Positions 1-12,364 of a stretch of 64,000 nt of DNA are shown here, piece by piece. Location: contig NC_043013.1 of the NCBI RefSeq assembly GCF_006345805.1, positions 9,424,001 through 9,488,000 on the forward strand, given 5' to 3'. The notes under the pieces were generated by a model, which saw only the letters and a list, made by a program, of their open reading frames with translations, was not told the DNA's origin and searched no databases. The translations under genes were made by a program, and so were the position numbers. Numbering within the stretch: the stretch's first letter is position 1; every line of letters starts with the position of its first letter. Source of the stretch: Octopus sinensis (taxonomy: Eukaryota).

Positions 1-250
1 TGTGTGCGTATACACACACACACACACAAAGATACAGGGATATACATGCTCGTACACACGTAATCGTACAGGAGTTTTTGAAAATCTTGTAACATATATA
101 CATCTTGTTCAATAGCAGTGACAGATATTAATCTAAAATGTATAAAGGTTAATGGATGTATATATGCATGCATGTATATATGCGCATATATATGTTTGCA
201 TGTATGTGTATATGTATGTATATAAGTAAGTATATGTATTGTACGTATGC

Positions 251-290
<40 letters not shown>

Positions 291-296
<6 letters not shown>

Positions 297-474
297 GTAA
301 AAAGTGAAAAAACTACAGAAGGCTTGTTTTAAAAGGTTAAAAATATTATTTGAGTTAATATGTCTGAAGAATGTTATCAATGATAACATTCTTCAGACAT
401 ATTAACTCAAATATATATTTTTTAACTTTAAATTTTAAACAAGCCTTCTGTAGTTTTTTCACTTTTACTATTTT
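291..474. repeat. ~184-bp palindrome centred on a half hammerhead (CTGAAGA plus stem II hairpin); PLE-type inverted terminal repeat
   Basis: 291-378 is the reverse complement of 382-474 apart from a few indels; 3-nt loop AAT; CTGAAGA at 364-370 directly precedes the central ATGTTATC-aat-GATAACAT hairpin; follows a (TA)n run. Confidence 0.8.
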
Positions 475-631
475 CTATATATTCAACCACGTGCTTTCAC
501 AAACCAACTTTCTCATCTATATATATATATATATATATTTTATTTTTGTTGGTTTAATTATATAATTGAAAGAAAGAGAAGAAAAATGTTTTTAAAAACA
601 AAAAAAAACTCCAGCCCCTCCACAAGCTATG

Positions 632-662
<31 letters not shown>

Positions 663-672
663 TATATATATC

Positions 673-703
<31 letters not shown>

Positions 704-1004
704 TAGAAGGTTTGGAGATGATGTACAGGTATTTTATATTAGAAGAAATGAGGTACTCAGAAATTCGGATGGTTTTATATTACAGATATATATTTGTATA
801 TTACATGTTTTTATACATTATATATCATATATCATATATTAGCACTTTCGTCCGTTCTGGTGGAGTTTTCAAATTGAACTAAGTTGTTGGGGAAAATTTG
901 ACAATTTTTATAGTGTTATTGAGTGTATAGTGGTGGGGAGGGATATAAGATAGAACAAGAGGGTGCTGAATGGGGAGAAAGTGAGAGATAGCATGTGTGT
1001 GTGT

Positions 1005-1395
1005 ATGTGTGTTTGTATCTGAAAGATGTGTTAAAGAAAAAGAAGGAAAGGAAGAAAAGGAAGAGAAAGAAGAAAAATTGTTTTGTTGGTCTTTTTGTAG
1101 CTGGTCAGGATGTTTACTCCAAAGGGGGCAAAATGTCACTTTTCAAAAAATTGTATGGATTTCTTTTTTATCATTGTATAGTGTGTGTGTGTTTGTATCT
1201 GAAGGAAGTGTTAAGAAAAAAGAAGGAAAGGAAGTAGAAGGGGAGAAATTTTGTCGATTGCTTTGCACTTGGTAGGTTTGTCGATAATAATAATTCTTCT
1301 TGGCTTACAGTGATTGTAAATCCAGCTGTTTTCTCCAAGGATGAGGAGGGAGGAAATGTCACTTTTCAATAAATTGTTTGTATTTCCTTTTATCA
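1005..1395. repeat. Degenerate two-copy tandem duplication (~180-210 bp unit), purine-rich
   Basis: GTGTGTTTGTATCTGAA..GTGTTAA..AAAAGAAGGAAAGGAAG occurs at ~1007 and ~1187; AAATGTCACTTTTCAA..AAATTGT..ATTTC.TTTTATCAT occurs at ~1130 and ~1354. Confidence 0.7.
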
Positions 1396-1406
1396 TATAT
1401 ATATAT

Positions 1407-1443
<37 letters not shown>

Positions 1444-1470
1444 TGTGTGGTGTGTATATATATATATATA

Positions 1471-1504
<34 letters not shown>

Positions 1505-1676
1505 ATTTATATATGCATGCATATACATATGATTCATGCAATATGTTCCAAGTTGTAGACCACAGTTTTTGCGTTACGTTATTGAAATTTTGAATAGAAG
1601 AACATATATACATACAAATACACACATACCATGCCAAAGGGGACATTAGCTACATATTTTATTTCTTATATTAATA

Positions 1677-2824
1677 TCAGGTCATCTCATAAGTTCAGTC
1701 CGAATTTTGAATAAAGAAAGCAAGTGATCAAATGTTATATTTAATTGAAATGTAATCATCAATGTACCTTTCATGATTATCTATGACTTCCTTCCATCTA
1801 TTTACAAGCTTTTTAATCCCATCAATGTAAAACTCTTTTGGTTTCAAAGTGAAGAATTCTGAAATGTCAGTTTCGACTTCCTCCTGGCTTGCGAAAGTTA
1901 TGTCCCCCAAAAGATTCTGTAAACTACGAAACAAATGGTAGTCTGAAGGAGCATAGTCGGGAGAATAAGATGGATGAGGAATTTTTTCCCAGCAAAGCTC
2001 TAATTACTGACAGTAGACTTGAGCATTGATTGTTGCTATAGGTGATAACAATTCAAAGTGAATTACTCCTTTGCAATCCCACCAGATAGAGAGAAGAATC
2101 TTTTTTTCCTATGAAGTTCCCTTTTCGGTTGTGGTTGAGCTTTTTCCCTTTTACCAAGTCACTGTTTATGACGTTTAACATTTCGATGGAAGATCCATTT
2201 TCCGTCACCAGTCACAAGTCTATCCAAAAAGGATGAAATGAGTTCGCGAGAATGGAGAGAAGAGCAGATAACTCGAGATTTGTGGCTGCTTTCGGATAAT
2301 TCATTAGGCACCCATTTTCCAAGTTTAGGAACCTTTTCAAGTTGTTGAAGATGGCAATGAACAGTTGTACGGTTTGAACTAAGCTTTATTGCCAATTCTT
2401 CAACTGATAATGCAGGATTTTCTTCAAGTAATGCTTGAAGGAACTTATCATGAAACTCAACTGGACGTCCTGTTCAATCTTCATCTTCAAGGCTGAAATC
2501 TCCACTTCTGAAATTTGCAAACCATCTTCAGCAAGTTCTTTCATTCTAGCATTCTTTCCCATAAACTGAGTGTATGTTTCGAGTCGCTTCGGCTGCAGAG
2601 TTACTTTTTTTGTTCTCATAAAGCATTATGTGCCTTAAATGCTCTTTGGATACTCCCATGTTAGAAAGGGTTTTAATCAAAGAAATTTTAATTCAATTAT
2701 TCTGTAAAATAATATTTAATTAATTTAAATGTACACAAATGCATAAAAATATATCTAAATTCCAATAAACATTTTTATATACTATTAAATTTCATTCAAT
2801 TTAAAAAAAAGGTAAAATCGGACA
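1677..2824 (-). mobile_element. Decayed mariner (DD34D-type) DNA transposon
   Basis: TA followed by a TIR-like end TCAGGTCATCTCATAAGTTCAGTCCGAATTTT at 1677; partial matching end AAAATCGGAC at ~2814 is cut by a SINE; transposase motifs inside. Confidence 0.85.
1728..2659 (-). pseudogene. Mariner transposase pseudogene (frameshifted)
   Basis: Minus-strand pieces: MGVSKEHLRHIMLYE (N-terminus), KLGKWVPNEL (WVPHEL motif), LDRLVTGDGKWI (first D), PHPSYSPDYAPSDYHLFRSLQN (YSPDLAPSDY motif), FYIDGIKKLVNRWKEVIDN (C-terminus). Confidence 0.9.
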
Positions 2825-2825
2825 T

Positions 2826-3057
2826 ACCTATTTCTTTACTACCCACAAGGGGCTAAACACAGAGGGGACAAACAAAGACAGACACGGATTAAGTCGATTA
2901 CATCGACCCCAGTGCGTAACTGGTACTTAATTTATCGACCCCGGAAGGATGAAAGGCAAAGTCGACCTCGGCGGAATTTGAACTCAGAACGCAACGGCAG
3001 ACGAAATACGGCTACGCATTTCGCCCGGCGTGCTAACGTTTCTGCCAGCTCGCCGCC
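2826..3057 (-). mobile_element. tRNA-derived SINE, family B
   Basis: Minus strand reads GGCGGCGAGCTGGCAGAAACGTTAGCACGCCGGGCG (A-box region) ..GAGTTCAAATTCC (B box) ..tail AAAGAAATAG; many near-identical copies in the window. Confidence 0.85.
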
Positions 3058-3329
3058 CTGAGTTTGAGGTTGGAATAGGAATTTTTTTCATTTCAACCCG
3101 CAAAATCACTGTAGCGGTTGTATCTTTCTGCTGCTGAAGAAAGTAAAATAAACATCCATTCAAGGAAGCCGCTATTTATGAATTCAATGCAGTTTTGGTA
3201 TTAGGCATCTAGGCTGCTTCTGCTTCTGGATGACGTTTGAGTATTGAGTGTCATGGTGGAATGAAGGATGGTATCACCTATATAGAAGTTGTTGAAGATG
3301 ATGGTCAATAGGTCTTTGATACATATATA

Positions 3330-3560
3330 TATTTTTTTACTGCCCACAAGGGGCTAAACACAAAGGGGACAAACAAGGACAGACAAACGGATTAAGTCGA
3401 TTACATCGACCCCAGTGCGTAACTGGTACTTAATTTATCGACCCCGAAAAGATGAAAGGCAAAGTTGACCTCGGCGGAATTTGAACTTAGAACATAACGG
3501 CAGACGAAATACGGCTATGCATTTCGCCCGGCGTGCTAACGATTCTGCCAGCTCGCCGCC
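3330..3560 (-). mobile_element. SINE family B with 16-bp target-site duplication
   Basis: Same consensus as 2826-3057; CTTTGATACATATATA at 3314-3329 and 3561-3576. Confidence 0.9.
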
Positions 3561-4122
3561 CTTTGATACATATATAGGAGTTAGATTGTGGAAGGCAAAA
3601 ACAAAACAAACTTTGGAGCATGATAGAGTTGATAGAGTGAGGGGACAGAGAAAATACGCTGCGACAGCGTGTTCTGACAGGGAGCTGTTGATTGAAACGA
3701 GATGGGAGCCGGATGGAGTCCGTACGCGAGAAGGTTTAACAAAAGCTTTGCCTATATCAAGGCCAATAGCATTACTGTTACCAAATTTCTATCAGATGAG
3801 GACCTAGTGGTAAGTGACAAAACTGCACAGATAGTCATTATAGAAAGAAAGAGGGTGAGAGAGAGAGGAAGGGGAGAGAGTTGGGGAGAGGCAGTGAGAG
3901 AGAGAGAATGAAGGAGAGAGATTTAAGTGTTGGATCATGATATCATGCATTTGGGTAATTAAATACACAGTTGATACACACACACGCGCACACACACACA
4001 CATACACGCACACGAACGACTCGACTGGTGAATGATCACTCTCCACCTAGGTAGCGTCGCTGAGGCTCTCTTTCTTTTACTGTTGGAAGCTTGAAAGTTC
4101 TACATGAAATGACCGCCTGTAA

Positions 4123-4519
4123 TCTTTATATATAAAAGTGAGGTTGTGTGCTGTCTGTCTCCTACGATTTAGATTCCTAACTACTCCCACATTTTGCGGT
4201 GCAGTTTAACCAAAACCGGGTATCTTATAGTCGTGATTCATATCGAGCCCTTCTGGGTATTAGCGCGCGTCTACGATGAGTCTACGATTTAAAAAATAAT
4301 TTACCATAAATTTTTCCCATTTTTAATGTATTTTTGGCATATATAAGGGAAGTAACTCTCTAAAAATTTATTATTAAATCTCAGAACGTAAAAAGCTACA
4401 GTAAAACCACCCCCTTTGTGGTTAGCCATATTGAGATGGCTATTATACTTTACATCTCTAAAAATGCTTATATAGTTATTTCCCTTACAAACCCGAGCAA
4501 CGCCGGGCGATACTGCTAG
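4123..4519 (+). mobile_element. Non-autonomous Helitron
   Basis: A|TC start (TCTTTATATATAAAA); 3' hairpin CCCG-AGCAACGC-CGGG then CTAG|T; no TSD. Confidence 0.75.
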
Positions 4520-4896
4520 TATATAATAATGGAGAGCCACTATCGACTAGAATTAACTTTATACCTGTATTATATTATTTCGTTTAGGCATAGTTGTATT
4601 AAAAAACTAGTTGTTAGAACTCGATATACATCTGCTTTAGAGTAAAGCATTAAGCAAATACAGAGCGTAATATTAATGAATGACAAGAGAATAAGTGTTA
4701 CGCAATCACTTTTATTAGCTTACAGCTGTTTCTGCTGTAAGAAGCAGTGCACACATCCTGGCTTTGAGGAAGCTATAGGACGTTGCTCAAACACTCAGCT
4801 CTGTGTGTACTGCGTTTTATAGCAGAAACAGCTTTAAGCTAATGAAAGGGTTTACGCGATTTCCGTTCTCTTGTTATTCATTAATCAACATCTGTA

Positions 4897-5471
4897 AAGC
4901 GGCGAACTGGCAGAAACGTTGGCCCGCTGGGCGAAATGCTAAGCGGTATTTCGTCTGCCGCTACGTTCTGAGTTCAAATTCCTCCTATGTCGACTTTGCC
5001 TTTCATCCTTTCGGGGTCGATTAAATAAGTACCAGTTACGCACTGGGGTCGATGTAATCGATTTAATCCGTTTGTCTGTCCTTGTTTGTCTTCTCTGTGT
5101 TTAGCCCCTTGTGGGCAGTAAAGAAATAGGTATTTCGTCTGCCGCTACGTTCTGAGTTCAAATTCCGCCAAGGTCGACTTTGCCTTTCATCCTTTCGGAG
5201 TCGATTAAATAAATACCAGTTACGCACTGGGATCGATGTAATCGACTTAATCCGTTTGTCTGTCCTTGTTTGTCCCCTCTGTGTTTAGCCCCTTGTGGGT
5301 GGTAAAGAAATAGTTATTTCATCTGTCCTTACGTTTTGAGTTCAAATTCCACCGAGGTAGACTTTGCCTTTCATCCTTTCGGAGTCGATAAATTAAGTTG
5401 CGTACTGGAGTCGATCTAATCGACTGGCCCCCATCCCCCCAATTTCAGGCCTCATGCTTGCAGTAGAAGGG
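4897..5471 (+). mobile_element. SINE family B trimer (one head plus three ~190-bp body units; last unit has an alternative tail)
   Basis: Body restarts at TATTTC.TCTG at ~4950, ~5132 and ~5314; 17-bp TSD ATTAATCAACATC(T/C)GTA at 4880-4896 and 5472-5488. Confidence 0.85.
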
Positions 5472-6701
5472 ATTAATCAACATCCGTACCTGCATATAGA
5501 AAACTATGCAAGATATGTATTTTTGGTCTTACAGGCCTCCACAGTTGTCCACGCATGCAAGTATTCCCTCTTTATACCATCCATGTTGTCCAAGGGTACC
5601 GCCACTGCTTTAGGGCAGCTACAGCTTGACACCAGCAAAATTGCTGTCAGAATTATTCACACGACATTATTCACACGACATGAATATATTATACGATAAC
5701 AACTGTTATTGTATATGAGTCTACTATATGATAACATTTACTTATTAAACATACGTCTCACTTTCTGACAACAGCACGTAACGTATTTTGCAGGCTCATA
5801 TGACATCAATAAATCATTAAAAGTGTAGCTTCTTCATTGCTTTAAACTGTCAAATTCAACAATGAGGTAAATTATATATTATATTATTCATAAAATTACT
5901 ATCATAATTTTCACTTTTTACTATAGTAATCTGCCTGTTTTCCTTGTATGTTTTGGTTCGTATGTGTTATTTCTCAACGTAATGTTTCATGTTTTTAAAT
6001 TAAGGTACATACGGTTTAAAATTTAATGTTTTCTATCAAGTAACTCACACGTTGCAGCTTGGAGCCTGTAATACAGAACCGAAAACGAAACTGAATCAAG
6101 CTTAAATTTAATTATCGTCTAACGACAATAAAATTCACATAAAAGATTCATAAAAACGATCGTTAAAAATGATAAAACACACTTCAGTAAGCAAGAAAAA
6201 TTGAGAAATAAATCTTTTTCTAAGCGAACATGTCTACCAATAAATATTCGACTATCAAAGGAGAGCATAACTTAAAGGGGCCAACTATGGGAATTTCCGG
6301 TGGGTTCAGTGAGCCGTTGATTCACAGATTCAAGGTCTTGGAGAAGATTGGTATTAATACCTGTCCCCATCACCATCGATATGATGGAAGTAAATGAATG
6401 TGACAGGACGGTAGTTGGCAAAGTCAGAAAAGGGTTACACTTGCTGGAAGGAGATACAGCATACCGTAGCGTGTTTCCATCTCTTGCCAGTTCGTAGCTT
6501 TCCCCCTTTCCGGCATGAGGTGCTGCGGAGGACGTAACTCCTCATAAATGCAGCTTGGTTAGAGGGCGCTTCGAACTGACTCGGTGTATTTACACCTGTT
6601 TGTCTATAACGAGAAATTTTCTCCACGACAAACTACAGTAAATGGCTTCGTTACCGGTTCGAATATGCTCCAAGCATACTTGAACAGATAACAAACAAGT
6701 T

Positions 6702-6879
6702 TGTATGTATGTATGTAAGTATGTATGTATGTATGTATGTATGTATGTATGTATGTATGTATGTATGTATGTATATAAGTATGTATGTAAGTATGTATGT
6801 ATGTATGTATGTATGTAAGTATGTATGTATGTATGTATGTATGTATATATGTATGTATGTATGTAAGTATGTATGTAAG

Positions 6880-6910
<31 letters not shown>

Positions 6911-7052
6911 GTATGTATGTATGTATGTAAGTATGTATGTATGTATGTATGTATGTAAGTATGTATGTTGTATGTATATATTGCATTGTAGGCATGTATG
7001 TATGTACTGTACGTATGTACACATGTATGCATGTATGTAATATGTATGTATG

Positions 7053-7085
<33 letters not shown>

Positions 7086-7273
7086 TGTATGTTGGATGTA
7101 TGTATGTATGTACGTAAGTACGCATTATGCATGTATGTATGCATGTATGCATGTATGTATGTATGTATGTATGTATGTATGTATGTATGTATATAAGTAT
7201 GTATGTAAGTATGTATGTATGTATGTATGTATATATGTATGTATGTATGTAAGTATGTATGTAAGTATGTATG

Positions 7274-7304
<31 letters not shown>

Positions 7305-7497
7305 GTATGTATGTATGTATGTATGTAAGTATGTATGTATGTATGTATGTATGTAAGTATGTATGTATGTATGTACGCATGTATGCATGCATGTATGTAT
7401 GTATGTATGTATGTATGTATGTATATATGCATGTATGCATGTATGTATGTATGTACGTATGTACACATGTATGCATGTATGTATATATGTATGTATG

Positions 7498-7529
<32 letters not shown>

Positions 7530-7645
7530 GATGTATGTATGTATGTGTGTGTGTATGTATGTACGTATGTACGCATGTATGCATGTATGTATGCATGTAT
7601 GCATGTATGTATGTATGTATGCATGTATGTATGTATGTATGTATG
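6702..7645. repeat. ~940-bp (TATG)n tetranucleotide array with TAAG/CATG variants
   Basis: Direct reading; accounts for the YIHT/MYVC ORFs in the track. Confidence 0.97.
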
Positions 7646-7778
7646 CAACACTCGATCAAATAAGCCTAACAAGAGATATAGGAATCTGGGTGTCCACTTG
7701 TTCAACCCGATTTCCGGTTCGTATGTTTCAACTAAGATTACTGGAAATTTTTTTGCCGTTTTGGATAAATGTTTTCCT

Positions 7779-7945
7779 AGGCGTAGGAGTGGCTGTGTGG
7801 TAAGTAGCTTGCTTACCAACCACATGGTTCCGGGTTCAGTCCCACTGCGTGGCGCCTTGGGCAAGTCTCTTCTAGCCTCGGGCCAACTAAAGCCTTGTGA
7901 GTGGATTTGGTAGACGTAAACTGAAGGAAGCCCGTCGTATATATG

Positions 7946-7977
<32 letters not shown>

Positions 7978-8256
7978 ATATATATTATATATTATATATA
8001 TATATAATATATATATATGTGTGTGTGTGTGTGTGTATGTGCGTGTATATGTTTGTGTGTCTGTGTTTGTTTCCCCATCATGGCTTGACAACCGATGCTG
8101 GTGTGTTTACGTCCCCGTAACTTAGCGGTTCGGTAAAAGCGACCGATAAAATAAGTACTAGGCTTACAAAGAATAAGTGCTGGGGTCGATTTGCTTGACT
8201 AAAGGCGGTGCTCCAGCATGGCCACAGTCAAATGACTGAAACAAATAAAAGAATAA
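7779..8256 (+). mobile_element. tRNA-derived SINE, family A, with internal TA/TG microsatellite
   Basis: Head AGGCG.AGGAGTGGCTGTGTGGTAAG..GGTTCAGTCCC (A/B boxes); body CTTGGGCAAGT..GTAGACG.AAACTGAA; tail GGCGGTGCTCCAGCATGGCC..TGACTGAAAC. Confidence 0.85.
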
Positions 8257-8669
8257 ATCTAATCGGTATCATGCTATTTTTGATCGGCACACCGTGAAAC
8301 TATCCTACACTAGCTTTGCTAATTTAGAGCAGCTTATGCACCGCATAAACAATAGTAAAATGCGACAAGGTTTCAATAACTCACCTACTGGATCTCGCGA
8401 ACATACACATCTAAATACAAACAAAGCCGCAATGAAAAACATCAATTACGACCAAATTGTAATAGGAGAAATGCTTATGATATATCTAACATGGTAACAA
8501 CGTTGGAAAATGGAGTCGGAACTACCTTATACACAAATAAATACGATAAATTCTCATGCAGAGAAAAATCAAAATGCCCATTGATGAACCTCTGTATGAG
8601 TACAAATCTTGTATACAAATGTACCGTACGCACAAGTGTGTGTGTGTGTGTGTGCGTGTAGGAGGGGTG

Positions 8670-8975
8670 TATGTTTAAGAATCGTTATTGTAACCATGTC
8701 GCCAGCTTTAAGAGAGTCAATAAAACATTCAACATCTTTGGCCGATTTTGTATGGCGACTGAAGGAGGATAAAATTAAGTACAGCATAATTTGGTCCATA
8801 GCAAGGCGCGCGAAACCATACAATATCATTTCCAGGAGATGCTGTCTCTGCTCTGAGGAATCCCTGTTTATTCTGTGGACTAATGAGAAAATCACTAATA
8901 GAATTTCTGAAAGACTCTCAAGATGCCAACACACATATAAATGTACTTTCGCACAATGCAGTGGGAATGGATTTG
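8670..8975 (+). pseudogene. Penelope-like element, GIY-YIG endonuclease C-terminal remnant
   Basis: FKNRYCNHVASFK (frameshift) KHSTSLADFVWRLKEDKIKYSIIWSIARRAKPYNIISRRCCLCSEE..SRCQH matches the PLE pattern ST.LS..IW.LK..W.I...A.PY...KRC.LC..E. Confidence 0.75.
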
Positions 8976-9134
8976 AGTAACTGTTAACGTAATTTACTTT
9001 AAGGTATGGATGAATTAAGTTTAGTTTTAACCTCCTCATGCTTATAAACACCAAGAACCAACCATAATACCTCCAATAATACCTGCCCAAGTCATGATAC
9101 CTCCTTCCCCTTGTTGGCGTCTCTAGCCCTAGAT

Positions 9135-9863
9135 AACGATCTCATCCATTTACAATCCATCCATTGCTCCAGCCATCAGGTCCATCAAGGGTGTCACTAG
9201 ATTTGTTCGTAAACAAAACGTCTGAAAAGTCGACAATGATGGTATCTTCTGCCCATTTCAGGCGATTTTCTGTGTATTTCTTGTTTAAAGGAGACCTTTT
9301 AACTAATGTCACTGGTTTACCAACCTTTTTCAGAAGATGACATCGGATAGTTCTGGACACAGTTGTTTCGCCAATATGATTGAAAATTTCACTTGCAAGA
9401 CCTGATTTTTTTTTTACAGCTTCACACTTAATTGGTGACAAAGAACGTTGAGAAACAGCCCTTGACTAACCCTTGTCGGCTCTCTTACGTATCTTCGTAG
9501 GAGCTGTAACAAAATTTTTTCGCAGTTTGGTGATATCTTCCAATTATTTTAGATATTTCTAATATTGATTTACCGTTTGCAAGTTCAGAAGTAATAATAG
9601 ATTTCTCTGAAGCGATTAAGTCACATTTACGACCCATAATTACACGATTATCAGAGCACTCGTTAATAATTTGGAACACTGAAAGTTCGTGGAGATCATG
9701 TAACGGTTTGTTTACACTTGCGCGAAAACCTCACGCTTTTTACACACCAAACGCATATAACTGTTGCCACCATTCTGTGGAAATTTCGTTGAATTCTAAC
9801 GTGCAGTTTTTAAATAAAACAAAGAAAAAATGTTACGTCGTTAATAACTTGAAACGCAGTGTG
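9135..9863 (-). mobile_element. 3'-truncated Tc1/Tc3-like transposon
   Basis: MGRKCDLIASEKSIIT..GKSILEISKII (paired-like HTH), ENRLKWAE, VDFSDVLFTNKSSDTLDGPDG (VIFSDE..NLDGPDG equivalent); TIR-like CACTGCGTTTCAAGTTATTA at the right end. Confidence 0.8.
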
Positions 9864-9941
9864 TATACACACACACATACACAGACACACACACACACAC
9901 AGACACACAGACACACACACACAGACACACACACACACACA

Positions 9942-11170
9942 CAGAGGCATGACAGAAGTAAATAGACACCCCATAAAACATCGTTTTTATGTTTATTCTA
10001 ACTTGTAAAGGTTTATATTTTTTATTAATTGACATTTTTATGTTTCAGGTTCTATACGTGACTGTTTAATCATGCCATATACGAAAGAAGCCTTGGAACT
10101 GTCTGAATTTCAAAGACACCGTATTGTGGATCATTCTAAAGGTGGACATAGTCAGCGTAGAATCGCAGAAAACCTTGGGATCCCGCTTTCTACAGTTAAT
10201 AGAGTGATTGTGCAATTCATTAGAGAGGGGAAGAAGTCCACATCACCTCGCTTAAATCAACCAGGGCCCTCTAACAGGACCCTTCTCTTTGCTAAGATAG
10301 GTATGAAGGTTAATCCTCGTTGCAAGGTCTCTGACATAGCAGAACAAGTTGATGTCAGTCCCAGAACAGTTGTCAGATATCTCCACAAGCTTGGTTACTA
10401 TGGCAGAACAGCATAAAGAAGCCACTTCGACCATCCAACATCAAGCGGAGAAAAGATTGGGCCAGTGAGATGGTGGAGAGGCCACTAGCATTTGGGGACA
10501 CTGTCATATTCTCTGATAAGTCTAGATTTGCTGTGTTTTCTGACAGTGGTCAAGTGTGGGTCTGGAGAGTCTGTGATCAAGAAATTGATGCGAAAAGATT
10601 ACAGCCAATAATGAAACACTGCCGCTATTCTGTGATGGTCTGGAGAAATGGTTTATCAGAGCTAGTGGAGTGTGAGGGAAACATAAACTCAGATAAGTAT
10701 GTGTCCGTATTGCAGAAAGGATGACTCCTTCCAATCTTCAGTGGTGAAATGATTAAAGAAGACTATTTACGGAAGATGGTGCTCCTTGTCACACAGCAAA
10801 AAAACCCCCCAAAATTGGTTGGAAGAGAATGACATTAAAAATCTTCCATGGCCAAGCCAGTCACAAGATATGAACCTTATTGCGCACTTCTCAATAATGG
10901 ACAGGACACTTCATAAAAAGGACAAGAAAGCATTTTCAAAGCCAGATCTTTTGAAATTGCTGCATGAAACTTGGCAAGAAATTCCTCAAGAGAATATTCA
11001 TCATCTGATCAATGACATCCCTAATAGGGTCCGTGCATTGAAAAATTCAAAGGACATGTCTGCTAAATATCAAATATTCACATTATAACAATTAATAAAG
11101 AATTTGAATGTATAATTTCAGATTTAAATAAATTTTAATGAAATGATTATATTTACTTTTGTCATATGTG
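9942..11170 (+). mobile_element. Near full-length decayed Tc1-type transposon
   Basis: Residual TIR ATGACA.AAGTAAAT at ~9949 and its reverse complement at ~11151-11166; transposase inside. Confidence 0.85.
10072..11088 (+). pseudogene. Tc1-type transposase pseudogene (stops and frameshifts)
   Basis: HTH ([20 protein letters not shown]), VIFSDKSRF, EDGAPCHTAK, LPWPSQSQDMNLI, WQEIPQENIHHLINDIPNRVRA. Confidence 0.9.
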
Positions 11171-11175
11171 TATGC

Positions 11176-11216
<41 letters not shown>

Positions 11217-11219
11217 CGT

Positions 11220-11405
11220 CATTTGACTCCGGCCATGCTGGAACAGCGCCTTTAGTCGAACAAATCGACCCCAGGACTTATTCATTGTAAGATTAGTACT
11301 TATTCTATCGGTCTCTTTTGCCGAACGACTAAGTTACAGGGACGTAAACACACCAGTATCGGTTGTCAAGCGATGGTGGGGGACAAATACAGACACACAC
11401 ACACT
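11220..11405 (-). mobile_element. SINE family A, 3' half
   Basis: Reverse complement of the family A tail (GGCCATGCTGGA..GTCGA.CAAATCGACCCCAGGACTTATTC). Confidence 0.75.
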
Positions 11406-12014
11406 GAGCTCCAGCTAGCTAAGAAACATATGTAGCTTACATATTACCTATTCCACTCCTTTAAATTTTGGATTATATATATATATATATATTATATATA
11501 GCTACACACATAATACACACACACACATTCTTTTAAGTTTATCTCTACAGTTTATCTCTGGGGTCATGCTGGTGAACCACCTTGAAATTATTCAGTCGCA
11601 GGAGTGGCTGTGTGGTAAGTAGCTTGTTTACCAACCACATGCTTCCGGGTTCAGTCCCACTAGAATTCAGAGTCAGCACTGCAAGTAACGATGCCTCGTA
11701 AACGAATACGCCTATCTATATTACAATGACTGAAGAAATGCGGGGCAGTTTATTTTTTCTCCCTACGTTATTAAAAAATATCATATTACTTTGAAGAAAT
11801 AATAAATGAATATTAAAAAAAAGAATTTTTAACTATAAAGTTTATTTGTATATTAAACATAAATTATAATGCTTAGTATTACAAGATTCGCTTCTGTTTT
11901 AAATGCTGTTTTAATTCCATATGTAAACAGATAACTTTGCTTCGCGTTCGTAAAAATGTAATAAAGCAGAAAAAACAACAGCAAAAAAATAAGCGAGTAC
12001 ATTATTTTACAAAG

Positions 12015-12245
12015 GGCGGCGAGCTGGCAGAGACGTTAGCACGCCGGGCGAAATGTGTAGCCGTATTTCGTCTGTCGTTACATTCTGAGTTCAAATTCCG
12101 CCGAGGTCGACTTTGCCTTTCATCCTTTTGGGGTCGATAGATTAAGTACCAGTTTCGCACTGGGGTCGATGTAATCGACTTAATCCCTTTGTCTGTCTTT
12201 GTTTGTCCCCTCTATGTTTAGCCCCTTGTGGGTAGTAAAGTAATA
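12015..12245 (+). mobile_element. SINE family B with 17-bp TSD
   Basis: TACATTA(T/C)TTTACAAAG at 11998-12014 and 12246-12262. Confidence 0.9.
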
Positions 12246-12364
12246 TACATTACTTTACAAAGTATTACGTAGTGCAAAAACAATAATCCCTATCTAATAG
12301 AATTAAGCCTTCAAATTGTGTTAGACTGCGGTCATGCTGGTGAACCACCTCGAAATTATTTAGT

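Noticed and set aside
4897-5471. Tandem repeats as a CRISPR array or retrozyme
   Set aside because: Units are ~190-bp SINE bodies with no unique spacers and no HHR core on either strand; eukaryotic context
6590-7913. Long ORFs (up to 424 aa) of YIHT/MYVC repeats, and similar ORFs throughout the track
   Set aside because: They are stop-free translations of (TATG)n, (TA)n, (CA)n, (TATC)n and trinucleotide arrays
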